DNA of 64,000 nt from Lytechinus pictus (lineage: Eukaryota). Each line of letters starts with the position of its first letter. The first letter of the stretch is position 1. The notes under the pieces were generated by a model, which worked only from the letters and a program-made list of their open reading frames with translations, had not been told where the DNA came from and did no database searches. Below are positions 27,125-40,445 of the stretch, piece after piece. A program made the position numbers and the translations under genes. The stretch is taken from positions 868,001 through 932,000 of the forward strand of contig NC_087246.1 in the NCBI RefSeq assembly GCF_037042905.1, read 5' to 3'.

Positions 27125-28470
27125 ATACAGCTCGCGCTGCGCGCTCGAGTTATTTGATTTTTCAGGTACCCATTATCCTATCAGCTAGCGCTGCGCGCTC
27201 GTATTTTTATTGGTGAGTAATGTATACCTCAATAATTTCCTCTATATAATAATAAGCAATTCTATAACAAACTACTTAAAATCCCCTTTTCATGACATCG
27301 AGATTTGCGCTCTCATTAATTTGTTAAAATATATTAACCCATGCATCCTATTCATAATTACAAATGTGCATAAAATATCCAGTTTTCAGGAATTAATATC
27401 AACAAAATTCGAGCTATCATTAGGCTTATTAGATTAATAAATAAAAAAAATACAATTTTCAGGAATTCTTAATAATTGAATTGTCCGTATATCTCGCGCT
27501 TAGGAAAAGGAAAAGAAGAAAATCATCATTTTCATATCGTGACAAAATGTCCTTAGAATGTCCAGGTTCTAGGTCAAAATAAAAATAATAAAAGTATCAG
27601 CTTGCGCTTCGCGCTCACGTCATTTATTAAGAACGATCCATAATATCCACTTCACAATTTTCCTACACAGTGCTTAAATTAGTGCTTAAATTGACCATTT
27701 TTCAGATAGGAATATCAAATATTTTCAGCTCGCGCTTCGCGACCACATTATTGATTTTCATGATAAAAAATATATTTAGAATGCCCAGATACTAGGTATA
27801 ATTCTTAAACACACGCACACATGTTTATTAAGATACACAGCTTTTTCTTTCTTTAAAACATGCTTATCCAATTATCCAGTTCGGACTAAAATTTTCTGCT
27901 CGCGCTGCGCGCTCACATTATTGATTTAGGATACCCAATTACCAATTATTTTCATAGAGTGACCCATTTTTAGGTCTAAATCTCTTTTTTCCGTTTACTC
28001 TTCGCGCTCGCATTGTTTAGTTATATGCCTATCCTGCCCATGATTACAGAATATGCTTAGAATTTCCATTTTTTATGTTGGAATGTCAAATATTTTCAGC
28101 TCGCGCTTCGCGCTCGCTTTATTTGATTATTGAATATGTATCGCTTTATGGCTAACTACAAACAGTCTTCAGCAAGTCCCTTTTCGATGAGTTATATACG
28201 CATTTTGTTCAAGATCCCAAACATTGCCCAGAATGTTAGATTTTCAGGACAAGATACATGAAATTCCAAAAAATTAGCTCGCGCTTCGCGCTCGCACTAT
28301 TTAAGTATGGCATATGAGATTACTATGTTTTATAAGAATAAAGCAAAGAAGTGACTTTTACGAAGAAACAAACAAAAATCATCTTTGAGTCGGCCGATCG
28401 GGGAAAATATGGGTGAAATTTTTTCGCCCCCCCCCCCCCCCTTATTGGCGAAAGCTGGATCCGCCCCTGA
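27125..28470. repeat. Repeat element with dispersed GCTCGCGCTTCGCGCTCGC motifs, ending CTGGATCCGCCCCTG
   Basis: The motif recurs about 8 times at roughly 100-200 bp spacing. The terminal motif is shared with small repeats at ~32010-32183 and ~50783-50977. Confidence 0.55.
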
Positions 28471-28911
28471 ATTCAGGCCTTCTTCAGCACCCCCAGCCAA
28501 AATTCGTTCACAGGGCCCTGCTTAATCAGTTGTTATTCCAATATTTTAGGTTTTTAAAGGAAAGAATTTTAATAAACCTAATTTCATATAATAGAATACA
28601 AGAATAACAAGTGGGGATATGACATCATCAGTTTGCTCATTGAATATTCATGAAGACGTGCCTAGAACTGTTTTCACGAACTGGTTATTAGACCAACTGA
28701 TAGAGTGGCAGTAGACCAAGTGGTATTAAACTGATCATCTGGACGATCTCTTTAAAATTATTGTTTTAAGATTAAATATAAATTAAAAACTCGGGTGAAA
28801 CTAATCCCAATGTCGTATTTAAAAAAAAAAAATCTCAAACCACCCCTATAGCGGCAAAATCGGGGGGGGGGGGGGCTTTGGACGAAGGGTGCATGGGTTT
28901 GCCTATATAAC

Positions 28912-31011
28912 ATATTAAAATCTTAGGGGTATATTTCGCACGGGATTGTAAAGTCAAAGATGACTTGAACTATAAGGAAATCTTGAGTAAAATTAAAAGA
29001 CTTATTGGTTGGTGGAAGCAGAGAGATCTTACGATGTATGGTAAAATAAAACTTTTGAAAATATATGCATTTTCAAAATTAAATTATGTTTCTTCCCTGA
29101 TGACAGTCCCAAAAGACGTTTTTAAGGAAATAGAAAGAATTTCTTTTAATTTTATTTGGGGAGGAAGAGATAGAATAAAACGCAAGGTTCTATATCAAGA
29201 CTATTCTGTTGGAGGACTGAGAGCTCCAAATTTTGAGGTCTTTGTTAAGACCCAACGAATAATGTGGATTAAACGTTTGCTAGATGGAGGGAAAAGTTCG
29301 GGTTGGAAAGCAACCTTCGAATATTTTTTAGCTCTTTAGGTGGTCGAATCATATTTCTGTGTGATTATGATACGAGTAGAATGAATTTGAAAGGTATACC
29401 ATTATTTTACATAGATATGCTGAAGGCATGGCACGAATTGGATAAGTGTAGACATTTTGGAGGGAAAAGTAATTCCATTATTTTTAATAACAAGCGTCTA
29501 TGCCTTAATAATAAGACCTTTTTTTATATTGAATTATTTCAGAAAGGTATAGTTAAGGTCTCGGATATAATAGTTGGAGGTAAATTAAGATCAGTTTCAT
29601 ACTGGTATAATCTGAAATTTTCATCTGAAAACTTGCTCAAAATTCAAAAGATATTTTCAGTAATAACAGAAAAGTGGATACAAAATGATTTTATGGAAAT
29701 GGATACAGACAACTTTGAAATTCAATTGATGACATGGGCATGTTCAGAAACTATGTGATATAAAATCTAGACGAATATATGACCACTTCATTGAAAATTT
29801 TCAAATTAATTATGTATTTCATGTTACAGATGGGCAATCCGAATATGATTTGGGAATGGGGGAACTGAAAGAAGTATTTTTGAGACTGAAATGTGCAATG
29901 CTATATGCAATAAACACAGAGAATTTCAATACAAACAATTACAAGGGGCTGTGTACACAAAAAGGGAACTTTTTAAATATGGTTTTGAGACAGATAATTT
30001 CTGTTCCTTTTGTAAAAAAGAAGTTGAGTCTTACCAACATTTATTTTTTTATTGTCCTGAAGTTAAGCGATTATGGGAAGAGATGAGTAAAATATTTCAA
30101 CTGAATGAACTTGGCAGTGACGTTTGGAAAACAATTTTCATGGGGATATCTGGAAATACTACAAGAGTAGCTTTAATAAACTGTACTATAATCTTAATTA
30201 AGTATATCATTTTTAGTTCAAGAAAACAGGAAATATTGCCAACCGTACATGCAGAAAGTGACACATTTGGTTAAAGAGTATAGAGATACGGAATATCAAA
30301 TAGCGTTTAAAAAGGGGAAGCTGGGGGTGCACTTAAGGAAATGGGAACAAATCAATGCATACCTTTCTTAATACTATGGATGTATTGGTTGCTTCATTTT
30401 GTTTCTGTTTTGTTTATTTGTTCAAATACAGATAGTTGTACCAGAGCAGGATGCATTGTGTGTGGGTGTACGTGTGTAGATGGATGTGTGAGTTTTGTGA
30501 CGGGGAAGAGGGGGGGGGGGGGGGAGCTGTGAGTGGTGGTGAGTTGAAGTGAGCTTGTGTGAGTGTCTGGGGAGAGAGATGAGGGGGGAGGTGGTATGGG
30601 GGTAAGGTGAGTGTGTAGGGACGTTTTTAGGATAACCTTCCTCTAAGTAACCTTTAAAATAATCTTTTATCCTTTTTTTATTTCTTGTACAATTAATATG
30701 TGCAAAAGAGATTATTTCTATTCTATTCAGGGAAAAAATCATTTTTTACAAAGTACGTTTTTTTTTATTTTGTCGATTGATACGGGTTTTTCCCCTCTGC
30801 TTTCACATTGTTATAGAAGAGAAATTTGGCAGTTTAATTTCATTTGTAATCATTTTAAAAATATTCGTAATCTCATTGATATTGATATATTTATTTGTTT
30901 GATTGTTTATTGATTGTATACATACAAAGAATCTTTATTTATATGAATTGTGATTGTAAACTTATTGATTTGAAAGAGGAAGAAAATAAAATATTATTCA
31001 AAACAAAAAAA
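28912..31011 (+). mobile_element. 5'-truncated Tx1/L1-clade LINE with frameshifted ORF2 C-terminus
   Basis: IKILGVYF...WKQRDLTMYGKIKLLK...FIWGG...GGLRAPNF...CSFCKKEVESYQHLFFYC (zf-RVT) split over several frames. AATAAA plus A-tail at 30985-31011. Candidate TSD ATATAAC at 28905-28911 and 31012-31018. Confidence 0.9.
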
Positions 31012-31075
31012 ATATAACGCGTCGTGACGTCACAGATGTTGAAGTCACCCACCATTTCGGTACAAGCCAGATTAA

Positions 31076-31591
31076 AGGTCAAGTCCACTCCAGAAGAATA
31101 TTGATTTTAATTTATAGTGAAAAATCTAAATAGCATAACACTGAAAATTTCATCAAAGTCTGATGTAAAATAAGAAAGTTATGACATTTTCAAGTTTCGC
31201 TTATTTTTTACAAAACAGTGACAAGCAAATGAGACGATTGTGATGACAGACGGTTGTGTCCTTCACTCACTACTGTATTTCTTCTTTATTTTCATTATTA
31301 TTTCTTTTAGCATTATACCATGTTTCATTTTTATAGATTCGGCAATTTGACGAATATTTCATATTTAATATAATAAAATACAAAAGAAATAGTGAGTGGA
31401 TGACGTCATCAGTCTCCTCATTTGCATACCGACCAAGATGTGCATTATAACTTTTTGTGAAATTAAGCGAAACTTTAAAATGTAATTACTTTCTTATTTT
31501 ACATCCGATTTTGATGAAATTTTTAGTGTTATGCTTGTTGGATTTTTATGTTTTTATTGAAATCAACTTTTTGTTGGGGAGGACTTGTCCT
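31076..31591. mobile_element. TTAA-type (Kolobok-like) MITE
   Basis: TTAA-AGGTCAAGTCCAC ... GGACTTGTCCT, with long imperfect inverted arms. A partial relative lies at ~15902-16215. Confidence 0.65.
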
Positions 31592-32249
31592 TTTCAGATA
31601 GATAGAAACCTCAAAAGATGGAGTCTGATTTCCATTGGGGCTGTGCCATGAAAAAAATACAGAACTAATAAAGGGAACTTATCTACATACACAAATCACA
31701 TCGAACAGATAATCATAATATTTACAAATTAATAAATAAAACTAGATTAAGTTTATACACAAATGAAAAAAAAATCAACAAATGCATGGTTAAAACTATA
31801 CACAGATAATAGAATACTATGAGGTAAGACATTACTCAAATAAATAATCAGAAACGGTTACCTTTATTCACTTGATAATTACCAGATTCAGTCCATGGAC
31901 CTGACAGTGTATGCCTATTCGGTCATAATCTTGATCATGATACCAACATTTTCTCTTCTGTTTTCTTGTAGTGTCACCCAGTTTAATTTACTTAAGATTA
32001 TGTAAAATTCACTGGCGGATCCAGGGGGCACAGCCGGTCCGTGCCCCCCCCCCCCTTGAGAAGCAAAATTAAAATTTGTAAAGTAAAAATGCCATTAAAA
32101 CATAGGTGTGCCCCCTCATTAAAGTGAAGGAAAATTTTCCTCCTAAAAATGTGCCCCCTTGGAAAATCTTGGACCCTCCCCTGGTAAGATTTAAACCTAA
32201 ATGTCGTAAGATCATGTCAGAATTATGTTGTAAACTGGTGTAAGCGTCA

Positions 32250-32432
32250 GGTGGGTGTTTCATAAAGCTGTTCGTAAGATACGAATGACTTTACGCACGA
32301 CTAGTGATCCTTTCTTGTGCTATCTGATATCCCTATGTAATTGAGTTATGACCCAAGAACAGGTTCCAGTCGTGCGTAAAGTCGTTCGTAACCTTACGAA
32401 CAGCTCAGGAACAGCTTTATGAAACACCCACC
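32250..32432. mobile_element. Short palindromic MITE
   Basis: GGTGGGTGTTTCATAAAGCTGTTCGTAAG ... CTTACGAACAGC..TTTATGAAACACCCACC. A relative lies at ~51500-51885. Confidence 0.75.
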
Positions 32433-34230
32433 AGGGGCGTAACAGAATGATGTCGGTGGCCAAGGGGGAGATTTTGCGCAAGCGTTAGCACTAAATTCTA
32501 TGCGTGATGAGTAAAAAATATATAACTTTGTATATGATTTTGACATGATATTCAGAAAATCTCACATCTCACACCCTTTTCCTTTCTCCTTTTCTGTTCT
32601 TGGTCGTAGAATTTTTTTTTGGGCCACGGCCCCCAAACCCTTCCATAATTAGGTAAGCCTAACGCCAGTGATTTATATGCGGGTGGGGTTCGGGGCCGCC
32701 CCAGAGGCCCGAGCCATTTTAAGCCTTAATATTATTATGCCTTTTTTTTAACATAAACCACGCACATAGACTTTACACAACACATTACTTCGACGGAGTG
32801 GCGTACAATCCAAATATTTTGAGGGGGTGAATTTGGGAAAAGATTCTATAAAGTTGCGAGAGTGCGAAGCGAGTGGGGAAAAAATGTTGCATTTTGAAAA
32901 TGAAATTATGTGACAGATTTTGACATTATTCAGCAAAATAACATAGAATATCGTGTTTCACCTTTCCCCTTTCATTTCCTTTCTTCGCATTCTTCAATTT
33001 CCAGGGACCGCGTGACACTTTTGAAAATGGGGGGGGGGGGAGGGGGCTAAGTGGGCCCGTTTTCGCGGCCCCTGTTTTCACCCCCCCCCCCCCTCTTCAC
33101 GCCAGTGCATCAACCTAAAGCTTGATGCAGAAAGGAACAGGGGACCATAATAGAGCTCTTTGAAGTTTACACTCGGATGCAGAGCCCCTAGGCCTATACT
33201 GCATGGGTTCTCGGGAAGAGCCCTCGGTAACTTTGGAGATTTAGCCACAGTAAACGTATAACTCGTGCCACTGAAGGTTGGGTCCTTTGGTTGGGTCATA
33301 TGGGCATATGCTTATAATAATGTCTAACCCTCGGCTAGGGACATAATGCTTCTTCAGAGGATCTGGACGGTACCCCGCCAGCAACCTCTCGAAGTTCAGT
33401 AATTTTTGTCCTTATTATTGTGACATATTATACGCCATCCCATTCTTTCTTCCAGTTCTTTTCAATCCTCGCCTTCCTCGGCAGCCCGGCCGTGTTCCTA
33501 TAGTCCTTTTTTTCTTTTCCTTTTTCTTCATTTTCCGACTCAGCTTTTTCCCTATCCTTTTTCCGTCCTACCCTTTTTCCCCTTCTTTTTGCATTTTAGT
33601 TTCTTTCCCTTATAATTTCTCTTTCCATTTTGCCATATTTTAATTCATATCCCTTGCTCACTCATTTATTAGTATTTCGGGATGATCTCTTCTTTCTCAA
33701 ATGTTCCCTTTTCACCCCCCCCCCCCTCTGTCCTCCCGTTTTTCTCCTCTTTACGTCCTTACTTTGTTTTTCCTGTCCCTTTAATATTCTTTCTTGCCCC
33801 TCTATCCCACCGTGGTTCTAGGTTTTTTTTTTTTTTTTTTTGGGGGGGGGGGTGCTTCTGGGGGTTTACAATTTTTTCGACGTTGGTTTTTTTTTCAATA
33901 CAATGAAAATGGCCTATTGTGGATAGTCTTATGCACACCAAACAGCTAGTCCCCCCGCTCCTACAAAAAAAAAATCAAATATCGTGCGAGGGAGCGTAGC
34001 GACCGAGCAAAAAAAATATCAAATTTTCAAAATGCTTAAGAATTTTTCATCTATATGCATCAGGGCCTGATTGGTGTTACAGATGTAGATGAGGGCATTT
34101 AACGTTAAGGGGGGGGGGGGGTAGGACTGGTTATCAGGAAATGGGTTTAAGCCTGTTCACGGTTGTAAACTGCGCACGAGCAGAAAAAGGTCATTGGAGA
34201 GCCTTCATAATCACTGGTATTTGACAGTAT

Positions 34231-34839
34231 ACAAATAATGAATGTGTATGCGTGCAATGGGAAGAATATTTTCATGAGATGAAAGATGTAAAGTTCCATT
34301 CAACGAGGCGTTAGCCGAGTTGAATGGAACTTTTAATCTTTCATCGAATGTAAATATTCTTTCCATTGCACAAATATTTGCATTCATTATTTGTTTTATA
34401 TAACTCATATAAGTTACAAAGTTTTTTAAAATGTAAAAAAAGGAATAACAAGATAAAGATTAGGTTGGCCTATTTCCAGCAACTAATTTTTCTCTGATAA
34501 TTGCTAGTCGGTGGATAACACCATGTATCGACAGCTCATCAGCCCTTTGCTTTCATGTTTGTGACGCGCATTGCTTCATGGATCTGAGTCGAGTGCGCAC
34601 AGTCAGTTTGATCTGCGCTAACTTCATGCGCGCGAACACACACACACACATACACAATAAGTAGACATACAAGGATTATACTGAGCGAGCGCTAGCGCGC
34701 GTACCGTGCAATGGAAAAATAAAAAATGCACGGTCACCGTGCAATGGAAAATTACAAAATGCACGCAGTAAAAAATGGACCAAATATTGAACACCTTTCA
34801 ACCAATCAGATGGCAAGAATCTTCGTTTGAGTTATATAA
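34231..34839. mobile_element. Non-autonomous element with a 164-bp terminal palindrome, possibly Crypton-like
   Basis: Imperfect palindrome at 34231-34394 centred on CAACGAGGCGTTAGCCGAGTTG, followed by the short inverted pair TTATATAACTC (34396) / GAGTTATATAA (34829). Confidence 0.45.
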
Positions 34840-34997
34840 TATAGCCTAAACAATAGTCAAATGTGCCAAAGGCAGACAATAAAACAGATTTCCCAACTTT
34901 ACCCCTGATGTACTACAATGCCTTTTGTTCTTAGAATTTGAATACTCTACCGGTAAAGCTTACGCAACATCTACATTTGAAAATGATAGTGCTTATC

Positions 34998-36649
34998 CAA
35001 CGAACGTAGAGGGCAGCAACACACAAGCGTGTTGCTCTAAGGAAGGTCAACTCCGCTCGAATTTTGTGACCACTTTAAAAAATAAGGTGGGGTTTTGGGA
35101 AATTTGTCGAGTTGATTTTTTTTTATTTGTTAATTTCAAATATTTTTTAATGAACAATTATTAGATCGGTTATTCTGGGTATGAATATTAAAAATATTAC
35201 TTACATTTTTAAAGAAAATATTTAGCTTAAATAATCATGATTTTGACATTTTTCCTCATTTTGGAATATCAAGCCTGTGACGAGGATACCTCATATCTCT
35301 TATTTTCTTCTGCTGAATTTCGCTGCACCACTAATAAATGCATAGACAACCACCGTAATAATCGAGGTCATTTTTCTGGCCTGGGTGCGCCGAGTCTGGG
35401 CCGGTCGCGCAGCTAGCTAGTGACGTTGATGATGCGCTGGGGCTTCAGGCGACTCGTCATAGATCTAGCAACTTAGACAATGACGTCTAATTTGCCTGGC
35501 CTGATTTGAAGTGTAATGGCTTCAGGGCTGATGTTTATCAACGATGATTGTTCAAGGTTAGATTTCAAATTTTAAATGTCATTTGACTTTTAAGTCTATA
35601 AATCTGAAATAAAGGCGCTGTATCCCCGAAATCCGGGTCTAAATTTCAACTCTGAGTCCGAGACCATGGCATGGACGGCGAAAAAACAACCCATGCATCG
35701 GATGCATTGCATTGGCTGCGCGCTGCGCTGCAGCTGCACTTTGATGATGGATTCAGCGAAGAGCTCAGGGTATCACAGGCCTAACTCATTCCCCATAGAC
35801 TCGTGTGTTAAATTGGCATTTTAAAAAATTCATAAAAAATAAGGGTGAAATTCGGGGGTCGAATGTTTACTACCAGTGGATAGGATTTTTATCTGGCAAT
35901 CCATATCTGACCAGAAAAGGGTCCCTCGACCGGCTCATTTTAAAAATAAATTGGCGTGTTTGAAGACACCGTCGGGGGGAGCAGATTCATCACCTCAAAC
36001 AGCAAAATAGCCCTAATCCTTCCGCCAGTCAAAATATAGTCCAAAGTTGGTGATATTTCTTCCCAATTTGGGAAAAGGAAGTTCAATAATTACCAAAAAT
36101 AGAATCAGTGTTAGATGGACAATCATATGCATACACTTTGTTAATCAGCCATATCAAAATTTAAAAAATAGCAATGGGTTGGCTCGAATGAATATCTATG
36201 GCCTGCCTCTAGTGATTAGGCCCGTGAAGCCTCAGAGAAAATAAGGTGGTTATATTCAATCCCGAAATGCTTTGCGAGTGGTCACAAAATCGTCTCGACG
36301 CAAATCACCTAATACAGCCGTCTGGTGAAATCGCTGATAACAACAATCACCGATTTGGTAATGATTTTAGTTTCCTGAAACTTATATTTGTAAAGTTTTA
36401 AATATCAAAGTATGTTTTTATATGTATGTATATTCCTCAACATATTTTTTAAGTTATCTTTGATATTGTTGTAGTCATATTCTTTCATATTCGTTTTTTG
36501 ATCGCTACTAATTTGTTGTTGTATTGGATCGGCATTTGATTTCGTTGGCATGAACAATAAAATACGCGCGCAGCTCAGCTGCATGCGCGTATCGAGTTGA
36601 CCTTCCTTATAGCAACACGCTTGTGTGTTGCTGCCCTCTACGTTCGTTG
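34998..36649. mobile_element. Non-autonomous TIR element with 8-bp TSD (P- or hAT-like)
   Basis: 56-bp near-perfect TIRs CAACGAACGTAGAGGGCAGCAACACACAAGCGTGTTGCT(C/A)TAAGGAAGGTCAACTC. TSD TGCTTATC at 34990-34997 and 36650-36657. Confidence 0.9.
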
Positions 36650-39416
36650 TGCTTATCCTAATGAAAATCACAAAGGTCATTTGAGAAAAGCTGATCATGA
36701 GCCAACCGTGAACTCTCTCCCGAGGCGTTTTTTAAGACTTTGAACGTAGAGGGTATAATAGAACAGGGCAGGGTTTTAATATCAATGACACCCCTTGTAA
36801 ATAATACGAGGGAATGTGGTGACCAGGGAAAAAATGTTTGAAGTGAAACCTAGCATTTGGAGCACAGTTTATGGTCTTTACAAATAAATATAGGCGGCGG
36901 AAGCGGGGGGGGGGGGGACGGGGGACCTGCCCCCCCTAAATTTGAGGTGAGGGGGACGGTCCCCCCCTAAAATTTTGGTTGATAACCTTTTTTTTTTTTT
37001 TTTTTTTTTTGCTTGTCAAATTTTTTACCTGTGTCCATCCCAAAATTTCAGGTGGACCCCCCCTAAATTTTTTGCCTTCCGCCTCCAATGCAAATAAATG
37101 TAGGCCTACATCTGCATCATCGTTAAATATTTATTACTGAATGGGATAGACAGGGATACTCATTCAACATTCATAAAGGCTGCAAAAAACAGCCCAATGA
37201 TCACTGCCCTGTATACTAGTAACATAAAAGTATTGTAGAGAGTAGAGTCAAATCATTTTATATACATCTTGCTTCTATCATCGTGATCATGGGGTAGGGG
37301 GCGATCGCCATGAAAATATTGGGGATGCGGCAAACATATCGATTTGCCCTGCACAATAATTTTGACAGATTGAAAAAATTTAAGAATCAATTGCAAAAAT
37401 ATGGTTGACGAACATCTGAAACCGCTATAAAACCATCAGACTTGACATGAAAACCCTATTAAACATAAATCTGTAAACTTTTCGGTGAGCTTCACGTGCA
37501 AAATTCTGCATTATATTGTCTATGCCCCCTCTCGCCATCCAAAAACATGGATCAGCACTACTTACTCTAAACTATTTAAGTTTAGCCCTTATCTGGGAAT
37601 ATTATATAGCGACAGAGACATTTTCTAAAGAAAATTATCCTAAAGAATGACAAAAATTTGGAGCGCTTTTGACAAAACACGACAGGTTTAGGGTTTAAAC
37701 TTAAAATTTATGGCATTTCGTGTTGAGTGAAGTATACTTTTTACGAAAAAAAAAGTGCAAGGCACCTACTTTAGCCTATTGCAGGAGATTTTTCATTTTA
37801 TTTTACTATACTCACACTTTTTTCCCCTTTTTTTTCTTTCTGTTTTTATTATAAATTGAAATAAATCACAAAATTTACAAATGATTATTAGGTGATTGCA
37901 AATCACATAAACACAAGTCGTCCCTGTTTTCACGAAGTGACGGATACGAGGAAAAATTGCATTTTTTTCAATTTTGAGTTTTTTGCATTTTTGGACATCT
38001 ATGACTTATATCTTGAACCTCAAAAAGTTTCAGATCACAAAAATGTCTAATTACGTTGCTATGACGACATGACATTCAAGAAAATACCAGGTAAAAGGAT
38101 TTCTTGTTTTTACGAAGTGACGGATAAGCAGCCGCCAATACGTGAAAATAAACGAATACGCTTTGCACTCAAGAGTTTTTTCACGAAGTGACGGAAGGCA
38201 TATATGTACAGTTTGGAACAGCCGAAGACCATGAAATGGTGAGTTTTTTTGTAAATGTAGGATACAAAATAAATGGTTCATCCTAACATCGTTTACCACA
38301 TAATATCACCCATAGCAACCATCACACCCAAATGTCACTCTGACAAAATAACAAAATATACACTATTTTGGGATATAGCCTGCCGAGCTACTAGCACGTA
38401 GATACGGCATTTATTTCACATAAATTATCAACACTTTCATTTTTCAAAGTATGAAAACAACTTCTAACTAAATCTGTCTGAGAATCATACATATATAATG
38501 TTTTTATACCTCTTAACATTAATCGTGTGAAGTCATAACTAATTAAACTGTTATGCCCTAACCCTAATTTTGCCCGGGTTTAAAAAAACAGAGATAAAAC
38601 TGAATCAGCACTAAACTCTGAAAAAACCCTATGGCCACCGCAACTTAAACTTTGATGTAACAACGTCTCCTACCAATTATCATTTTTTAATTCACTCTAT
38701 AAAAAGAACTCCATATTAAAAAACGTGCTAGTGTGCGGTCCTTGGAAAGCTAGAATGACTTCCCCTACAACACCACACCCTTATCTCGCATCCCCTCTTT
38801 TCATATTCAAATGAAACACCTTCGACGCAACGGAATTGAATAATTCCGTAATTCCGTCACGCATGCCGGAGAACAATTAGTGTTCACCACTTATTGCCGT
38901 ATAAACAACATTTGCCAGCTATACGATGTAACGCTGGCAAATACATGTTCATCCTAACATCGTTTACCACATAATATCACCCATAGCAACCATCACACCC
39001 AAATGTCACTCTGACAAAATAACAAAATATACACTATTTTGGGATATAGCCTGCCGAGCTACTATAGGATACTACAAAGAAGGGGAAAACATTTGACTAA
39101 ACCTCAATCCGAGATAAAATAGAAAATGAAAAATATAAAAAACCAATCTCTATCTTCTCGATCTTATTTACATCATTGTGATTTTGCTGACTTGTAATGA
39201 ATCAGAATCAAACTTTTTTTTTTTTTTTTTTTATAGAAGGAAATATGCACTCTTTTTGACCTATGCAAATATCGCTGGCAATAGTGTGTTCCTGAAATAA
39301 TCTTGAAACGTTTAATTAATTTAACACAAAATCACGTATCCTTGTACATAGTTTGTTCAAACATAACTTTACGTCAGTCACTGGTTTTATACTGTATACT
39401 TCACTAGTAAACCATA

Positions 39417-40443
39417 TTACAAATTTAAAACTTGAGATACAGTGAGCCTGTCCTCTAAACTATCTTCCACATAACCATCCTTCGCTTTTTCCCCTTTCCA
39501 TCTACCATGCCTCTTCCATACTCTGTCATTTACTTTTGCCCTGGCAGCTGCCGTGGCTCCGCTTGCCCTCAAAGAATGGAGACCAATGTTTAAATCACCG
39601 CTTACCTCGCTTACGAGCGACAACTGTTTCACGTGTTCTCGTATAGCTCATTTGCTTATTCTTGTGTATCAGAAACTTTCTTCCCTTATTTGCATATGCG
39701 GGTTTAAATAAAAAATGATCTGATTTCGGATCTATCCCTGCAAACTCCATATACCTCTTAACAATGCTAATAGGACAAGCATTTGTTTTCCCTTTACAAA
39801 TAACAACATCATCTCCTTTTCTGTACTGATCTGCCTTACTCTTTGAAATGTGTACGGACATATGATCATCATAAAAACTGATATCACTGCATTTTAAAGA
39901 TCTGGCCTCATCGAATCTAAAAAATCCACTGAAGCAAAGAATAATGAATGCTAAATCACGAAGAACAAGAACATCATGAGTATCAGAATGTTTGTCGCAA
40001 AGATTAATAATCTGCTCATTCGACAAAATGTCCTTTTTAGACACTTTCTTAACGTTTTCCCTCTTAGCTGCTTCAACAATATTTATTACAAAATTATTAG
40101 CTGTAGGGTCTTGATAACCTCTCAAATTATGAAACCATTTAATGGCATACAATGCACCTTGAATGACACTTGGAGATTTTCCTCCGTCGATCAAACTCGT
40201 CAGGTATAAAGCTATATGAATAGGCTCAGCCGGGATCGCTCTGCCACCCTCTGTGGTAATAAATGTTTCCCATCTCTTAAATGTTGAATAATACTTGTTA
40301 ACAGTCCCATCACTTCTCGAATGCACCAGATGAGATGCCATGCTATCTGATAGTTTCCGAAGCTTGCTGGTAACTGCTCCCGATGCCTCTACTTCATCTG
40401 AAACCGCCTTGCGTAGACCTAAACCTGTTAAAACAAAAAACAT
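39417..40443 (-). pseudogene. DIRS tyrosine recombinase, split by one frameshift near 39613
   Basis: ORF 40443-39595 (SAM-like N-domain, GFFRFDE, SKSKADQYRKG, SYTR) continues in another frame as SEVSGDLNIGLHSLRASGATAA...HGRW...GYV. All of the R-K-HxxR-H-Y catalytic residues are present across the two frames. Confidence 0.9.
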
Positions 40444-40445
40444 GT

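Noticed and set aside
37803..37820. LINE target site as a U2 snRNA-like sequence (Tx1 site specificity)
   Set aside because: The resemblance is loose (AAGTGTGAGTAT versus AAGTGTAGTAT) and the flanks do not match U2.
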